The position numbers were made by a program, and so were the translations under genes. A stretch of DNA of 64,000 nt from a virus: the IMG/VR virus record IMGVR_UViG_3300018080_000131, positions 1-64,000 of that record; one strand, given 5' to 3'. Shown piece after piece: positions 18,846 through 28,696 of this stretch (the stretch's first letter is position 1; every line of letters begins with the position of its first letter). Under the pieces are notes generated by a model. It saw only the letters and a list, made by a program, of their open reading frames with translations, did no database searches and had not been told where the DNA came from.

Positions 18846-19573
18846 AAGAAACAAAACTATTAGAAGAATTATTTCCAAAAGAGGAATATATCCTTCTTAA
18901 TAATATTCCTTCTGAATTAAAAACATTATTTAAAAACACAGATGCTCATCTTGCTGGTGGAGCTATTACTTCAGTATTTAGTAGAAGCTTTATTAAAGAT
19001 TATGATTTATATTTCAGGAATATTTCAAGTTTTGCAATGGCTAAATCTTGGTTTGAAAAAGAAGCAGAGCTTATTGTTAGAACTGAATCAGCAGATACTT
19101 ACAAATATAAAGATAAAATATATCAATTAATTTGCCATAGTAATTTTATAAATAAACCTATTTCTGATATTATTAGTGGTTTTGATTTTACTATCTGCAT
19201 GGGAGTTTATTCTTTCAGATATAAATTATTTACTATTCATGAGGATTTCATGAGGCATCTTGCTGAGAAGATATTGGTTTTTAATTCTAAATGCAAATAC
19301 CCATTTTCATCTTTAATCAGAACAATAAAGTATCAGAAAAAGGGGTTTAAGATTTCTGGAACTGAAATGACCAGATTAGCTTTAAAAATACATTCTATTA
19401 AAATGGAAACTCTTGGGGATTTGAAAAGACAATTGATGGGAGTTGATGTTGTACTTTTACAAGAGCTTTGGGATTCTATTAATCCAGAAGATAAATATGA
19501 TTTTGAAAAATTTCTAGAATTAATGGAACAGTATATTAAACAAAGATATAATATAGAGGAAGAAGAGGTATGA
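18842..19573 (+). CDS. nucleotidyltransferase-fold phage protein
   Basis: AGGAITS...DYDLYF and FDFTICM; R..KY..KGF. Confidence 0.75.
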   Translation: MKETKLLEELFPKEEYILLNNIPSELKTLFKNTDAHLAGGAITSVFSRSFIKDYDLYFRNISSFAMAKSWFEKEAELIVRTESADTYKYKDKIYQLICHSNFINKPISDIISGFDFTICMGVYSFRYKLFTIHEDFMRHLAEKILVFNSKCKYPFSSLIRTIKYQKKGFKISGTEMTRLALKIHSIKMETLGDLKRQLMGVDVVLLQELWDSINPEDKYDFEKFLELMEQYIKQRYNIEEEEV

Positions 19574-19827
19574 AACAATTAATATTAGCTGGTGATACTT
19601 ACCAGTATAAACTTTATATTGTCTACAACAAGTTAAAAGAAGAGAATTGTGTTTGTGTTTATGCTCTTCCTGATTTGCTTGGTAGACCTAAAGAAGAGTT
19701 AGAGAATATGGTTTTGGTTGGTACTTGGTATAAAAGACCTTATTCTATTATTTATCATATTCAAAACTTTCTTGAAAATCAAGGAATAAGTTTTGAAACT
19801 TTAGAACAAAAGATTATTAGTAAATAA
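19570..19827 (+). CDS. hypothetical protein
   Basis: Overlapping start/stop coupling. Confidence 0.5.
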   Translation: MKQLILAGDTYQYKLYIVYNKLKEENCVCVYALPDLLGRPKEELENMVLVGTWYKRPYSIIYHIQNFLENQGISFETLEQKIISK

Positions 19828-19838
19828 GGAATAAGAGG

Positions 19839-20141
19839 ATGGATGTAACATTCAATGAGGAATTTTTGAGAGGTCTTGAAGGATTAAATCTATCTTATTT
19901 TAGAAAGATTCATTCTTCTGCTCTTCCAGTTTTTATAGTACTTTGTGGGTTTCTTGAAAATGGTAAAGATGCAGTTTCTATATCATTAAAAGATTTAAGC
20001 AAGTATACTGGTTTGTCAAAAAGAACAGTTTATAATGCTTTAAGTGCTTTAGATGGTGTTTTAATAGATAAAGTAGGTAAAACTTCTACAAGAGGAAATG
20101 CTGTTTTTATTATCAGGGCTAGTAAACATACCAAAGTATAG
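19839..20141 (+). CDS. winged-HTH protein (replication initiator N-terminus-like)
   Basis: ISLKDLSKYTGLSKRTVYNALSAL. Confidence 0.7.
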   Translation: MDVTFNEEFLRGLEGLNLSYFRKIHSSALPVFIVLCGFLENGKDAVSISLKDLSKYTGLSKRTVYNALSALDGVLIDKVGKTSTRGNAVFIIRASKHTKV

Positions 20142-20262
20142 AAAATGCATTTTGACTAAGTAGTTATCAAAGTATAGAAAGTGCGACATTGAAAGACTTA
20201 TATATATACTGTAAAGTATATATCTGTATGATTAATATAATAAGAGTATTTATGAGGCATAT
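20132..20262. other. possible replication origin (iteron pair + AT-rich tract)
   Basis: CAAAGTATAGAAARTGC at 20132 and 20168, a third partial AAAGTATA and a TATATATATA tract; sits between the HTH gene and the helicase operon. Confidence 0.4.
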
Positions 20263-21051
20263 ATGAAACATAAAATGAAAGGTTCATTAAATATTAATGA
20301 AACATCTATGAAGGATGAAGGAAAATTTGAAAAGTATCAAAATGGAGAGATGTATAAGAAAGTATGTAAGATTTATAGAGATTTGGTAGGAGAGTATTTT
20401 GGTTTAGATTCAAAGCTGTTTCCACCAAAAGAAGAAACAATGAATGAGAGATGGAAGAGAGACAGCAGAAAGTTGACAGCAAGAGCAAAGAAGGCTAGAA
20501 AAACAATGAAGAAAATAAAGAAGGTGGTTGAGGTATGTAGGAAGCTTGATGTTCCAGTTGAAACATATATGAAAACTCAGTTTAAGATTATCTATCCAGA
20601 TTTTATTAAATCTCATCCAAGAGGAGTAATAAGCTTGGGTTGGTTAACTTCTGTTAATGCTGTTGAGAGATTTAACCAAAAGGCTTCAGGAAAGGACAAG
20701 AAAATAAACATAGAAGGGGTTGTGAAGGCTTCTAAGGCAAAGAAAAGTGATATTGATAGGTCTATGCTGTCTTCAGTGAAAGCTTTGGAGAGAAGGCTTC
20801 TGGGAATAAAAGAGGTAATGGAGTTAAACAGAGATGTAGTTAATGAGGAACTTCAGAGGCTTTCAAGATTCAAAAAAATAAAAGCTCCATATATTTATTC
20901 TTCAAATTACATTAAGGAGCATGGAAGTAGAGTTCTGAAAGCAAAACAGAAAATTATTGGAGTAAAATTGACAGAAGAGGAGAAGGAGAAGATAAGAGAA
21001 TTTAAAGACAATTATAATTTTAATGAGGAAATTGCTGAATATGTCAGATAA
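20263..21051 (+). CDS. basic hypothetical protein upstream of helicase (possible initiator/loader)
   Basis: 262 aa; overlaps the DnaB-like start. Confidence 0.55.
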   Translation: MKHKMKGSLNINETSMKDEGKFEKYQNGEMYKKVCKIYRDLVGEYFGLDSKLFPPKEETMNERWKRDSRKLTARAKKARKTMKKIKKVVEVCRKLDVPVETYMKTQFKIIYPDFIKSHPRGVISLGWLTSVNAVERFNQKASGKDKKINIEGVVKASKAKKSDIDRSMLSSVKALERRLLGIKEVMELNRDVVNEELQRLSRFKKIKAPYIYSSNYIKEHGSRVLKAKQKIIGVKLTEEEKEKIREFKDNYNFNEEIAEYVR

Positions 21052-22405
21052 AGCTAAAAAGAGTACAACAGAAAAAGCTAAATTTGATTTTAGTGAAAGT
21101 GTTCAGATTAGAATAGTTGGGTTGTTGCTGTATGAATCTGATAGTATAGCACAGAATATAGATATTATCAAACCTGAATATTTTGATAATGTGATTCTTC
21201 AGGATATGGTTGAGATTGTTATTGAGTTTTATAAGAAGTACAAGAGAGGAATTATATTTGATGAATTTATGGAAGAGGTTGGGTTGCTTCTTGAGAAGAA
21301 TCCAAGGTTACCAGATGATGATTATTGGAAGATGGTTGAGACAATAGCTCAGGTTTGTGAAGAGGCTAAGTTTGAGTATGTCAGGGATAAGGTTGTTGAT
21401 TTTTCAAAGTATCAGGCTGTAAAAGAAGCTATGAAGAAAGGGGTTAATACTGTCAAGAAGAAAAGAGATTATTCCAGTGTGGTAAATGATATTAAAAATG
21501 CTATGATGATTGGTGAGGAACAGAAAGACTTAGGAACATTCTATTATGAGGAATTGGATGAGAGGTTGAAGCTGAGGAATGAAGGAACTTCTAGGAGAGA
21601 TTTGTGTATTCCAACAGGAATAGATTTACTTGATGAGCATTTGGATGGTGGTATTGGAAGGACAGAGTTAGGTATTTTGCTTGGTCCTATGAAGAGAGGT
21701 AAGTCAATTACAGCAGTTAATCTATCAGTAGGAGCTTTGTTGAATGGTTTCAATGTTGCTCATTATGTTATGGAATCAAGTGAGGTAAGAACAACAGTTC
21801 TTTATGATGCTTGTTTGTCAGGTATTCCAAGAGATGAATTGAAAGCAAGAGAAGCTGAGGTTAGGGAAGAGGTACAGTTGGCTTTGAAAGCTCCTAATAT
21901 GGGTAAGCTGGTTATTAAAGAGTATCCAGCTATGAAGGCTTCTGCTTTCACTATTGAATCTCATATACAGAAGTTGAAGCTTTTGAAGGGTATTAATATT
22001 GATTTGGTGATAATTGATTATCTTGGGTTGTTAAGACCAGCAGATAAGAGTATTAAAATTGAAGCTTCTGGTGGTGGTAAATATCATATGATGGGAGTAA
22101 TTACAAAGGAATTACTAGCATTAGCTCATCAATATAATGTTGCAATATGGCTTCTTCATCAAAGCACAAGAGCAAGTAAGGGTAGGAAGGTGGTTGACCT
22201 TGAGCATAGTGGAGATAGTATTGAACCTATGAGAGATGCTGATTTAATTCTTACCTTGAATCAAGAAAAATCAGAGACAGAGAAAGAAGGTGTTCAGGAA
22301 ATGAATTTTTTTCTTGCAGGTGGTAGAGAGATGAAGGATAGGAGAATGATTAAGCTTTATGTTGATAAAGCAAAATGCATAATAACAGATGAAATGGAGG
22401 AATAA
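21041..22405 (+). CDS. dnaB: replicative DnaB-like helicase
   Basis: IPTGIDLLDEHLDGGIG, GPMKRGKS Walker A, VIIDYLGLL, HQSTR, DADLILTL. Confidence 0.92.
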   Translation: MSDKAKKSTTEKAKFDFSESVQIRIVGLLLYESDSIAQNIDIIKPEYFDNVILQDMVEIVIEFYKKYKRGIIFDEFMEEVGLLLEKNPRLPDDDYWKMVETIAQVCEEAKFEYVRDKVVDFSKYQAVKEAMKKGVNTVKKKRDYSSVVNDIKNAMMIGEEQKDLGTFYYEELDERLKLRNEGTSRRDLCIPTGIDLLDEHLDGGIGRTELGILLGPMKRGKSITAVNLSVGALLNGFNVAHYVMESSEVRTTVLYDACLSGIPRDELKAREAEVREEVQLALKAPNMGKLVIKEYPAMKASAFTIESHIQKLKLLKGINIDLVIIDYLGLLRPADKSIKIEASGGGKYHMMGVITKELLALAHQYNVAIWLLHQSTRASKGRKVVDLEHSGDSIEPMRDADLILTLNQEKSETEKEGVQEMNFFLAGGREMKDRRMIKLYVDKAKCIITDEMEE

Positions 22406-22575
22406 AATGGGACAAATTATTTATGCTGATGATTGGTTTATAGGTTTTGTTTGTAATTGTGGTAAAGGAATTGTATTTGATTGTGATAAAGATGGTGAAA
22501 AAAATATTATTACTTGTCCTGAATGTGGTATAAAATGGGAAGCTGGTTTTACAGTTTATGTAAAGGAGATAAAAA

Positions 22576-22791
22576 ATGACTAGAAGATGTAATATGTGTG
22601 ATAATAAAATTGACAAATGTGAAAATTGTGGTGATAAGTTTGGAAAAGAAAATGAACAGATTTTTTGTTATACTGATGATATAGATAATATTGAGAGGCA
22701 TTTCTGTTCAACTAGTTGTTTTGAAAATTGGTTGATAGTTAAGGAAAATGATAATTTATGGGAAGCTATGGTTGTAATTGAAAATGAATAG
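22576..22791 (+). CDS. small Zn-finger protein
   Basis: CNMC, CENC, FCSTSC. Confidence 0.5.
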   Translation: MTRRCNMCDNKIDKCENCGDKFGKENEQIFCYTDDIDNIERHFCSTSCFENWLIVKENDNLWEAMVVIENE

Positions 22792-23488
22792 AAATAGATT
22801 TATAGTAAGTTACCCAAGAAGTGGTAGTACTTGGTTAAGGTATCTTTTAACAAGTATTGTCTATCCAAATGAGGAATTAACAGTGGATAATGTGGATAGA
22901 TTAGCTCCAGATATTCATGAGATGGGAAAATGGAATGAGTTAGGTGTTAAGAATCCATTTATAATTAAGAGCCATTTCAGGGATAATGTTGATTATGAAA
23001 ATTCATATATCATATATCTTTATAGAGATTTTAGAGATGTTGCTGTATCTTATTATTTTTTTAGAGAAGAACAGGAAGATTTTCATGATTATTTAACAAA
23101 TCTTGTTATGAATGGTATGCAGTTTGGTAAATGGGAAAATCATATTGATTATTGGTTGTTTGGTGGTGAGAATCCATATTACTTTTATTCTGTTAGTTAT
23201 GAGAAGCTTTATAATGATACTAGGTTTGAATTAAAAAGTATTGCTAGATTTCTTGGTTTGGATGCTTCAATTGATGTTATTACTGAAGCTATTAAAAGAT
23301 GTAAGTTTGGTAAGATGAGAAGGATTGCTGAAAGAGATGGTTTGAAAGAGAGGTTTCTTGGATATAGAGGAAGACCTGGAAGATGGAAAGAAATGTTTAC
23401 AACAGAAGATTTAGATTATGTTTGGTATAAGTATAAATATTTTTTGAAACATCTTGGTTATGAGGAAGGTAATATTAAAAATGAATAA
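22778..23488 (+). CDS. PAPS-dependent sulfotransferase
   Basis: SYPRSGSTW (5'-PSB loop), KSH, YRDFRDVAVSYY (3'-PB), SYEKL, RGRPGRWK. Confidence 0.9.
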   Translation: MKMNRNRFIVSYPRSGSTWLRYLLTSIVYPNEELTVDNVDRLAPDIHEMGKWNELGVKNPFIIKSHFRDNVDYENSYIIYLYRDFRDVAVSYYFFREEQEDFHDYLTNLVMNGMQFGKWENHIDYWLFGGENPYYFYSVSYEKLYNDTRFELKSIARFLGLDASIDVITEAIKRCKFGKMRRIAERDGLKERFLGYRGRPGRWKEMFTTEDLDYVWYKYKYFLKHLGYEEGNIKNE

Positions 23489-24035
23489 TTTAATAGATAA
23501 TTTATTTAGTGATGATTTGGGAAATGATATTAATAGAATTTTTGAACAGATAGACTCTGTTGAAATGTTAATTGAATTGGAAAAAAAGCATAAAAATTTT
23601 AATTATATTAATGCTTCTATTTTATCATATAAATCTGAAATTTTATCTAGAAGAAGTTTGCCTTTGTGGATATTTACAAACCATGTTAAGGAAGTAATTT
23701 CTAGATTTAAACAAATAATAGGTGATGAGAAAAAAGATGATATTAAAAAATTATTTTTTCCTTTAACAAGAGCAGAATTAGTACTTTGTTTAAGTGATAC
23801 TTCTTTTGTTGCTCCAATTCATTATCCTTATAGTCATTATATGATTGTAATTTTTAACCAGATATGTAAAGAAGAAAGAATGTATAATTGTGTTATTGAG
23901 ATTGATTATAACATTGATAAAAATGAAATTAATAATTTAGAGAGTTTATATTCTTCAAAAATTAATAATATTTGTAATAAAAGAGTAGAGCTAATTTGGA
24001 AAATATTTATGGAGGTTAGAAAAAATAATGACTAA
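23454..24035 (+). CDS. hypothetical protein, very AT-rich
   Basis: Long ORF filling the gap before the polymerase. Confidence 0.55.
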   Translation: MVMRKVILKMNNLIDNLFSDDLGNDINRIFEQIDSVEMLIELEKKHKNFNYINASILSYKSEILSRRSLPLWIFTNHVKEVISRFKQIIGDEKKDDIKKLFFPLTRAELVLCLSDTSFVAPIHYPYSHYMIVIFNQICKEERMYNCVIEIDYNIDKNEINNLESLYSSKINNICNKRVELIWKIFMEVRKNND

Positions 24036-26406
24036 AAAGAAAGATTATTGTGAAACTTGTGCTTTAAACAGGTACAATAGGAATAGGGTTCATTCTCAGG
24101 GAGATTTTAAAACAGCTAAAGTAATATTTGTTGGTGAAGCTCCTGGTAGAAGAGAGGATGAGGAAGGGCTTCCTTTTGTTGGTCAGGCTGGTCAGGTTTT
24201 GAGAGAATGTTTAGAAGAGGTTGGAATAGAAGAGAAAGATGTAGTTTTTTCTAATGTTTGTAGATGTAGACCACCATCAAACAGAAATCCATCTCAGAAG
24301 GAAATGAACAGGTGTATTAAGTATTTGAAGGAAGAGCTTGAAGAGTTTGATGGGTTGATTGTATTGCTTGGTGCTGTTCCTATGAAGGCTTTTTTAAACA
24401 AGAAAGGAGTTTTGAATAATAGAGGTTATGGGTTTATGAAGGATGGTAGGCATTTCTTTGTTACATACCATCCATCTTATGTATTGAGAAATAGAGGTAA
24501 TAAGGAAATAAGAGATGAGTTTGTAGAGGATTTAGGTAAGGTTAGAACATGGATGAATGGAATTGAGTATGTTCCTTTTACAAAGATTGAAAATTGGGAA
24601 GGGCTTGATAAATTTATAGAGAAGGCTAAGAAGGCTAAGTACATTTCATTTGATATTGAGACTAATGGTTTAGACCCATATGCTGAAGGAGCTAAGATTC
24701 TATCAATTGCTTTTTCTTGGGGTAAGGAGAAGGATGAGAATTATTTTATTCCTTTAGCTTATCCAGGTTCACCATTTGAATATAAGGTTGCTGTTCTTTT
24801 AACTAGATTGGAATTTTTGTTTAATGACCAGGATAAGTGTCTTATAGGACAGAATCCAGGTTTTGATATTAAGTGGATAAAAAAACATGCTATGATTGAG
24901 GTTACTAATCTCTGGTTTGATACCAAGTTTGCAAGTTATTTGATAAATGGGAAATGGAAACCACAGAACTTAAAGAGTATGGTTTGGAAGTATCTTGATT
25001 ATGGTGGATATGGAATTGATAGAGATGGTTTAGAGAATGAGGATATAGAAAGACTTGCTAAATATAATGTTATGGATGCTTTTTGTACTCTAGAGCTTGT
25101 GAAGGTGTTTATGGATAAGCTTTCTGATAAGCAGTTTTCTTTAATGACAGAAACAATGAGTGGTGCTATTTCTGCTTTGGCTGAGATGGAAGCTGTTGGG
25201 TTGACAATAGCAAAAGAAGAGCTTGAGGAAATGAGTAATGAATATTATGAGAAGTTAACAGAGTTGGAAGAAAAAATGCACAAGTATCCTAAGATTCAAG
25301 AGTATGAGAGGAAGAATAAGGAGTTGATTAACTTCAATTCAACTAAGCAGTTGGTAAAGGTGTATGATATTCTTGGTATTCATCCAGATAAGAAAACATT
25401 AAAAACAGATGAGTTTTCTACAGATGTAGAAGCTTTGAATCAGGTGAAAGGAAAGCATAAGTTTTTTGATGATTTACTTGAGTATAGGAAGGCTGTAAAG
25501 ATTTATAGTACTTATCTTCATCCATATATGGAAGAGAAGGCTGAGGCTGTTAGAACTTCTTATAATACTACATTTACTGTTACTGGTAGGTTGAGTTCTA
25601 ATAATCCTAATCTTCAGAATATTCCATATGGGGTAAGACCAGTGTTTACAGCTAGTCAGGATTTTCTGGTTGAGATTGATTATAGCCAGTTGGAGCTTAG
25701 GGTTTTGGCTATGTATTCCAAGGATGAGGCTTTAATTGATGCATTTAGAACAGGTAAAGATATTCATGAGGTTACAAGATTTGAGATTTATGGGGATAAT
25801 TCAAAGTTACCAGATGATAAGCAGGTGGAGCAGAGAGTACAGGCTAAAACAGTGAATTTTGGAATTGTGTATGGAATAAGTGAATATGGGTTAGCACACA
25901 GGTTGGAGTTGACAGAAGAGAAAGCTGGGGAAATGATTAAAATTTTCTTGAATAAGTATAAAGGTGTTGCTGAATTTAACAAGAGTGTGAAAAAGTTTGT
26001 AAGGGAAAATGGATATTATGAAACTTTCTTTGGTAGGGTTAGGGAGTTTGATTTTAATAATCCTGCATTGAGAAGGGTTGCTGGTCATTCTAAAAGAAAG
26101 ATGATAGATAGTTTGTATAGAGAAGCTGTTAATTTTCCTATTCAGAGTACAGCTAGGGATTTGGTGTTTGATGCTCAGGGGAGATTATGGAAAGAGATGA
26201 GGAAGAGGGAAATGGATTCAAGAATGATTGCTGATGTTCATGATAGTATCCTGTTTGATGTTAGAGATAAGGAGCTAGAGGAGCTTTTGGTGTTGGCTAA
26301 AGGGGTTATGGAAGATTTTAGTGAGTTTGATTTTGTTAATGTTCCAGTGAAGATTGATATAAAAATTGGTGAGTTTTGGGGTAAATTGGAAGAATTTGAG
26401 ATATGA
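24028..26406 (+). CDS. polA: family A DNA polymerase with N-terminal family-4 uracil-DNA glycosylase domain and 3'-5' exonuclease
   Basis: GEAPG, NVCRCRPPSNRNP, TYHPSYVLR (UDG4); FDIET exo I; TGRLSSNNPNLQNIP, DYSQLELR, AKTVNFGIVYG, VHDS. Confidence 0.95.
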   Translation: MTKKKDYCETCALNRYNRNRVHSQGDFKTAKVIFVGEAPGRREDEEGLPFVGQAGQVLRECLEEVGIEEKDVVFSNVCRCRPPSNRNPSQKEMNRCIKYLKEELEEFDGLIVLLGAVPMKAFLNKKGVLNNRGYGFMKDGRHFFVTYHPSYVLRNRGNKEIRDEFVEDLGKVRTWMNGIEYVPFTKIENWEGLDKFIEKAKKAKYISFDIETNGLDPYAEGAKILSIAFSWGKEKDENYFIPLAYPGSPFEYKVAVLLTRLEFLFNDQDKCLIGQNPGFDIKWIKKHAMIEVTNLWFDTKFASYLINGKWKPQNLKSMVWKYLDYGGYGIDRDGLENEDIERLAKYNVMDAFCTLELVKVFMDKLSDKQFSLMTETMSGAISALAEMEAVGLTIAKEELEEMSNEYYEKLTELEEKMHKYPKIQEYERKNKELINFNSTKQLVKVYDILGIHPDKKTLKTDEFSTDVEALNQVKGKHKFFDDLLEYRKAVKIYSTYLHPYMEEKAEAVRTSYNTTFTVTGRLSSNNPNLQNIPYGVRPVFTASQDFLVEIDYSQLELRVLAMYSKDEALIDAFRTGKDIHEVTRFEIYGDNSKLPDDKQVEQRVQAKTVNFGIVYGISEYGLAHRLELTEEKAGEMIKIFLNKYKGVAEFNKSVKKFVRENGYYETFFGRVREFDFNNPALRRVAGHSKRKMIDSLYREAVNFPIQSTARDLVFDAQGRLWKEMRKREMDSRMIADVHDSILFDVRDKELEELLVLAKGVMEDFSEFDFVNVPVKIDIKIGEFWGKLEEFEI

Positions 26407-26427
26407 AATGTGGTACTATATAGATGA
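26406..26427 (+). promoter_or_regulatory. second promoter class, copy 2
   Basis: AAATGTGGTACTATATAGATGA. Confidence 0.75.
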
Positions 26428-26477
26428 GAGGAGTAAGATATGAAAATACAAATAATAACTACAAGGGAGAATGAAAA

Positions 26478-27680
26478 ATGAGTAAAAAGAAAAATAAAAA
26501 TAAAAAAGGAAATATTAAACCTACAAAAGAAAAACTGAATAATGTTTTTAATAATCCAAATGGTGATTATGATTGTGGTAAAAAAAACATTTATTTTCTT
26601 TATAATCCAAGAGAAATTTCTTATTCTTTAAAAATTGGTGGTACAGATAAAGATATTGATGCACAAATAAAGAGATATTCAACACAAACTCCAGATATTA
26701 AATCTGTTGGTGATAAGAGAGTATATCCTTCTAATCTTTTAAGTGAATGGTTAGTAAAAATTTTATTTAAGGAATATCATGATAGGGGGGAAAAATATAA
26801 TTTAACTGATGAAATTAAAGAAAGGGTAAGAATTTTAGATAAATTTTTATCAGATGAATCTTATAATTTTGATAATGAATTTAAAGAAGATGAAGTTCTT
26901 GAATTGAATAGAAGAAAAACTTTAGATTATAACAGGTTTTGGTATCTTTCTACTAATAGAACTTTTACAGAGAATGATATTACTAACTTGAAAAAAAATT
27001 TTTATGATAAATTCAAAGAACATTTATCTCTATCTTCAGAAGATTTTCCAATTAGGGTTATTAAATATAGAGGTTTGTTTTTTATTGTTGATGGTCAAAA
27101 ACAATTTATATTAAAAAAAAGGGAAAAATTGCCAATTGTATATACTATAGAAAAGATAGCAGATTCATTAGAAGATGCAAATGAACATATTATTTTTTTT
27201 ATTTTACAAAGTGAAATGCAAAAATCTTGGAAAGCAGATGAGCTTATTTATTCATTAGCTAAAATGGGTAATTATACCCATAAACAGTTAGTAAGTATAA
27301 TGAAAGAATTAGGTTTAACAAGAAGTATTTTAAATGAATTAATACCAAGTTTACCAAAAAAACCTTCAGATTTAATTAAATATAATAATATTCCAAAAAA
27401 AGAACAAGAAGAATTTAAAAAAAATGTTATGTTTTTTCATAGTCTTAAGGAATATATACCTACATTTTGGAATAGTGCAAATTGGATTTGTGGTTGTATG
27501 ATGGCAAAAAAAGAGTTGGAAAAAAAAGGAATGAAAGATTTTTTCAATTCTCTAAAATTTACTTTAGAAAATTTTTCTTCTTTAGAAAATATTTCTCCTG
27601 ATAAATTAGAGTTTACTGATAGTCATGCCAAGGGTTATATTAGGGATGAGATTATTAAGATTTTAACTCATAGTTATTAA
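26478..27680 (+). CDS. protein with GIY-YIG/T5orf172-like N-terminus and ParB/Srx-like domain
   Basis: IYFLYN...LKIGGT; PIRV...FIVDGQKQ (ParB-like DGxHR variant); very AT-rich. Confidence 0.5.
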   Translation: MSKKKNKNKKGNIKPTKEKLNNVFNNPNGDYDCGKKNIYFLYNPREISYSLKIGGTDKDIDAQIKRYSTQTPDIKSVGDKRVYPSNLLSEWLVKILFKEYHDRGEKYNLTDEIKERVRILDKFLSDESYNFDNEFKEDEVLELNRRKTLDYNRFWYLSTNRTFTENDITNLKKNFYDKFKEHLSLSSEDFPIRVIKYRGLFFIVDGQKQFILKKREKLPIVYTIEKIADSLEDANEHIIFFILQSEMQKSWKADELIYSLAKMGNYTHKQLVSIMKELGLTRSILNELIPSLPKKPSDLIKYNNIPKKEQEEFKKNVMFFHSLKEYIPTFWNSANWICGCMMAKKELEKKGMKDFFNSLKFTLENFSSLENISPDKLEFTDSHAKGYIRDEIIKILTHSY

Positions 27681-27690
27681 GGAAAGCAAT

Positions 27691-28683
27691 ATGAATAAAT
27701 ATATAGGTATGTATTCTTTTGATGCTGAACAGCAATCAAGAAGAAAGAAAAATAAAAAGAAACAGTTTCCTAATTTAGCATTAATGAAATTATCAACATA
27801 TTTTAAAAATAAAGATTATAGAGTTGAGCTTTATAATGAAGAGAAAGATAAAAATGGTTATTATGATAAAGTTTTTGTAAGTGTTGTGTTTGATTGGTCA
27901 TTAAAAAAATTACCAAAAAATATTCCTAGTCATTGGGAAGTTGGTGGTTATGCTTATGATATTAATAAAAAATTACCTATTAATGCTGAACATTTAGTTC
28001 CAGATTATGATTTATTTGATTGTGATTCTTATTATGGTTTTACAACAAGAGGGTGTTTTAGAAATTGCTCATTTTGTTTTGTGCCAAAAGCAGAAGGAAA
28101 GTTTAGGAGATATGTTGAAGATATTAATGAATTTTGTCCATCTGATAAAGGATTTACAAAAATAACATTACTTGATAATAATATATTATATGATAAAGAA
28201 CATTTCATTAATATATCAAATCAGATTATAGATAAAAATTTGTTAGTTGATTTTAATCAAGGCTTGGACCATAGATTGGTATGTGATGATGATATATTAA
28301 ATATTTTAACCAAATTGAAACATAGAGAATATAGATTTTCATTTGATTTTATTGAATATAAAAATAATGTTATTAAAACTATTGAGTGTTTAAAAAAACA
28401 TGGATTAAAGAAAAATTTTTGGTATGTTTTAGTTGGGTATAATACAACAATAGAAGAGGATTTAGAAAGATTAAAAATTTTAAGAGATTATAAGCAGGTT
28501 GTTTATGTTCAAAGATATAATAAAAGTAAAGATAGATTGTTAATACCTTTAGCTCAATGGGCTAATCAACCTTGGATTTTTTATAGTTATACATGGAATG
28601 ATTTTATTACTCATCCAAGTAAAGAAAGATACAGAAAATTATATGAAGAAAATAATTTACCATTAAGTTTAGAATCTATATAA
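27691..28683 (+). CDS. radical SAM protein (phage-type, no SPASM)
   Basis: PNLALMKLS, PDYDL, TTRGCFRNCSFCFVPKAEG, LLDNN, DFNQGLD. Confidence 0.9.
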   Translation: MNKYIGMYSFDAEQQSRRKKNKKKQFPNLALMKLSTYFKNKDYRVELYNEEKDKNGYYDKVFVSVVFDWSLKKLPKNIPSHWEVGGYAYDINKKLPINAEHLVPDYDLFDCDSYYGFTTRGCFRNCSFCFVPKAEGKFRRYVEDINEFCPSDKGFTKITLLDNNILYDKEHFINISNQIIDKNLLVDFNQGLDHRLVCDDDILNILTKLKHREYRFSFDFIEYKNNVIKTIECLKKHGLKKNFWYVLVGYNTTIEEDLERLKILRDYKQVVYVQRYNKSKDRLLIPLAQWANQPWIFYSYTWNDFITHPSKERYRKLYEENNLPLSLESI

Positions 28684-28696
28684 TTTAGGAGTAAAA

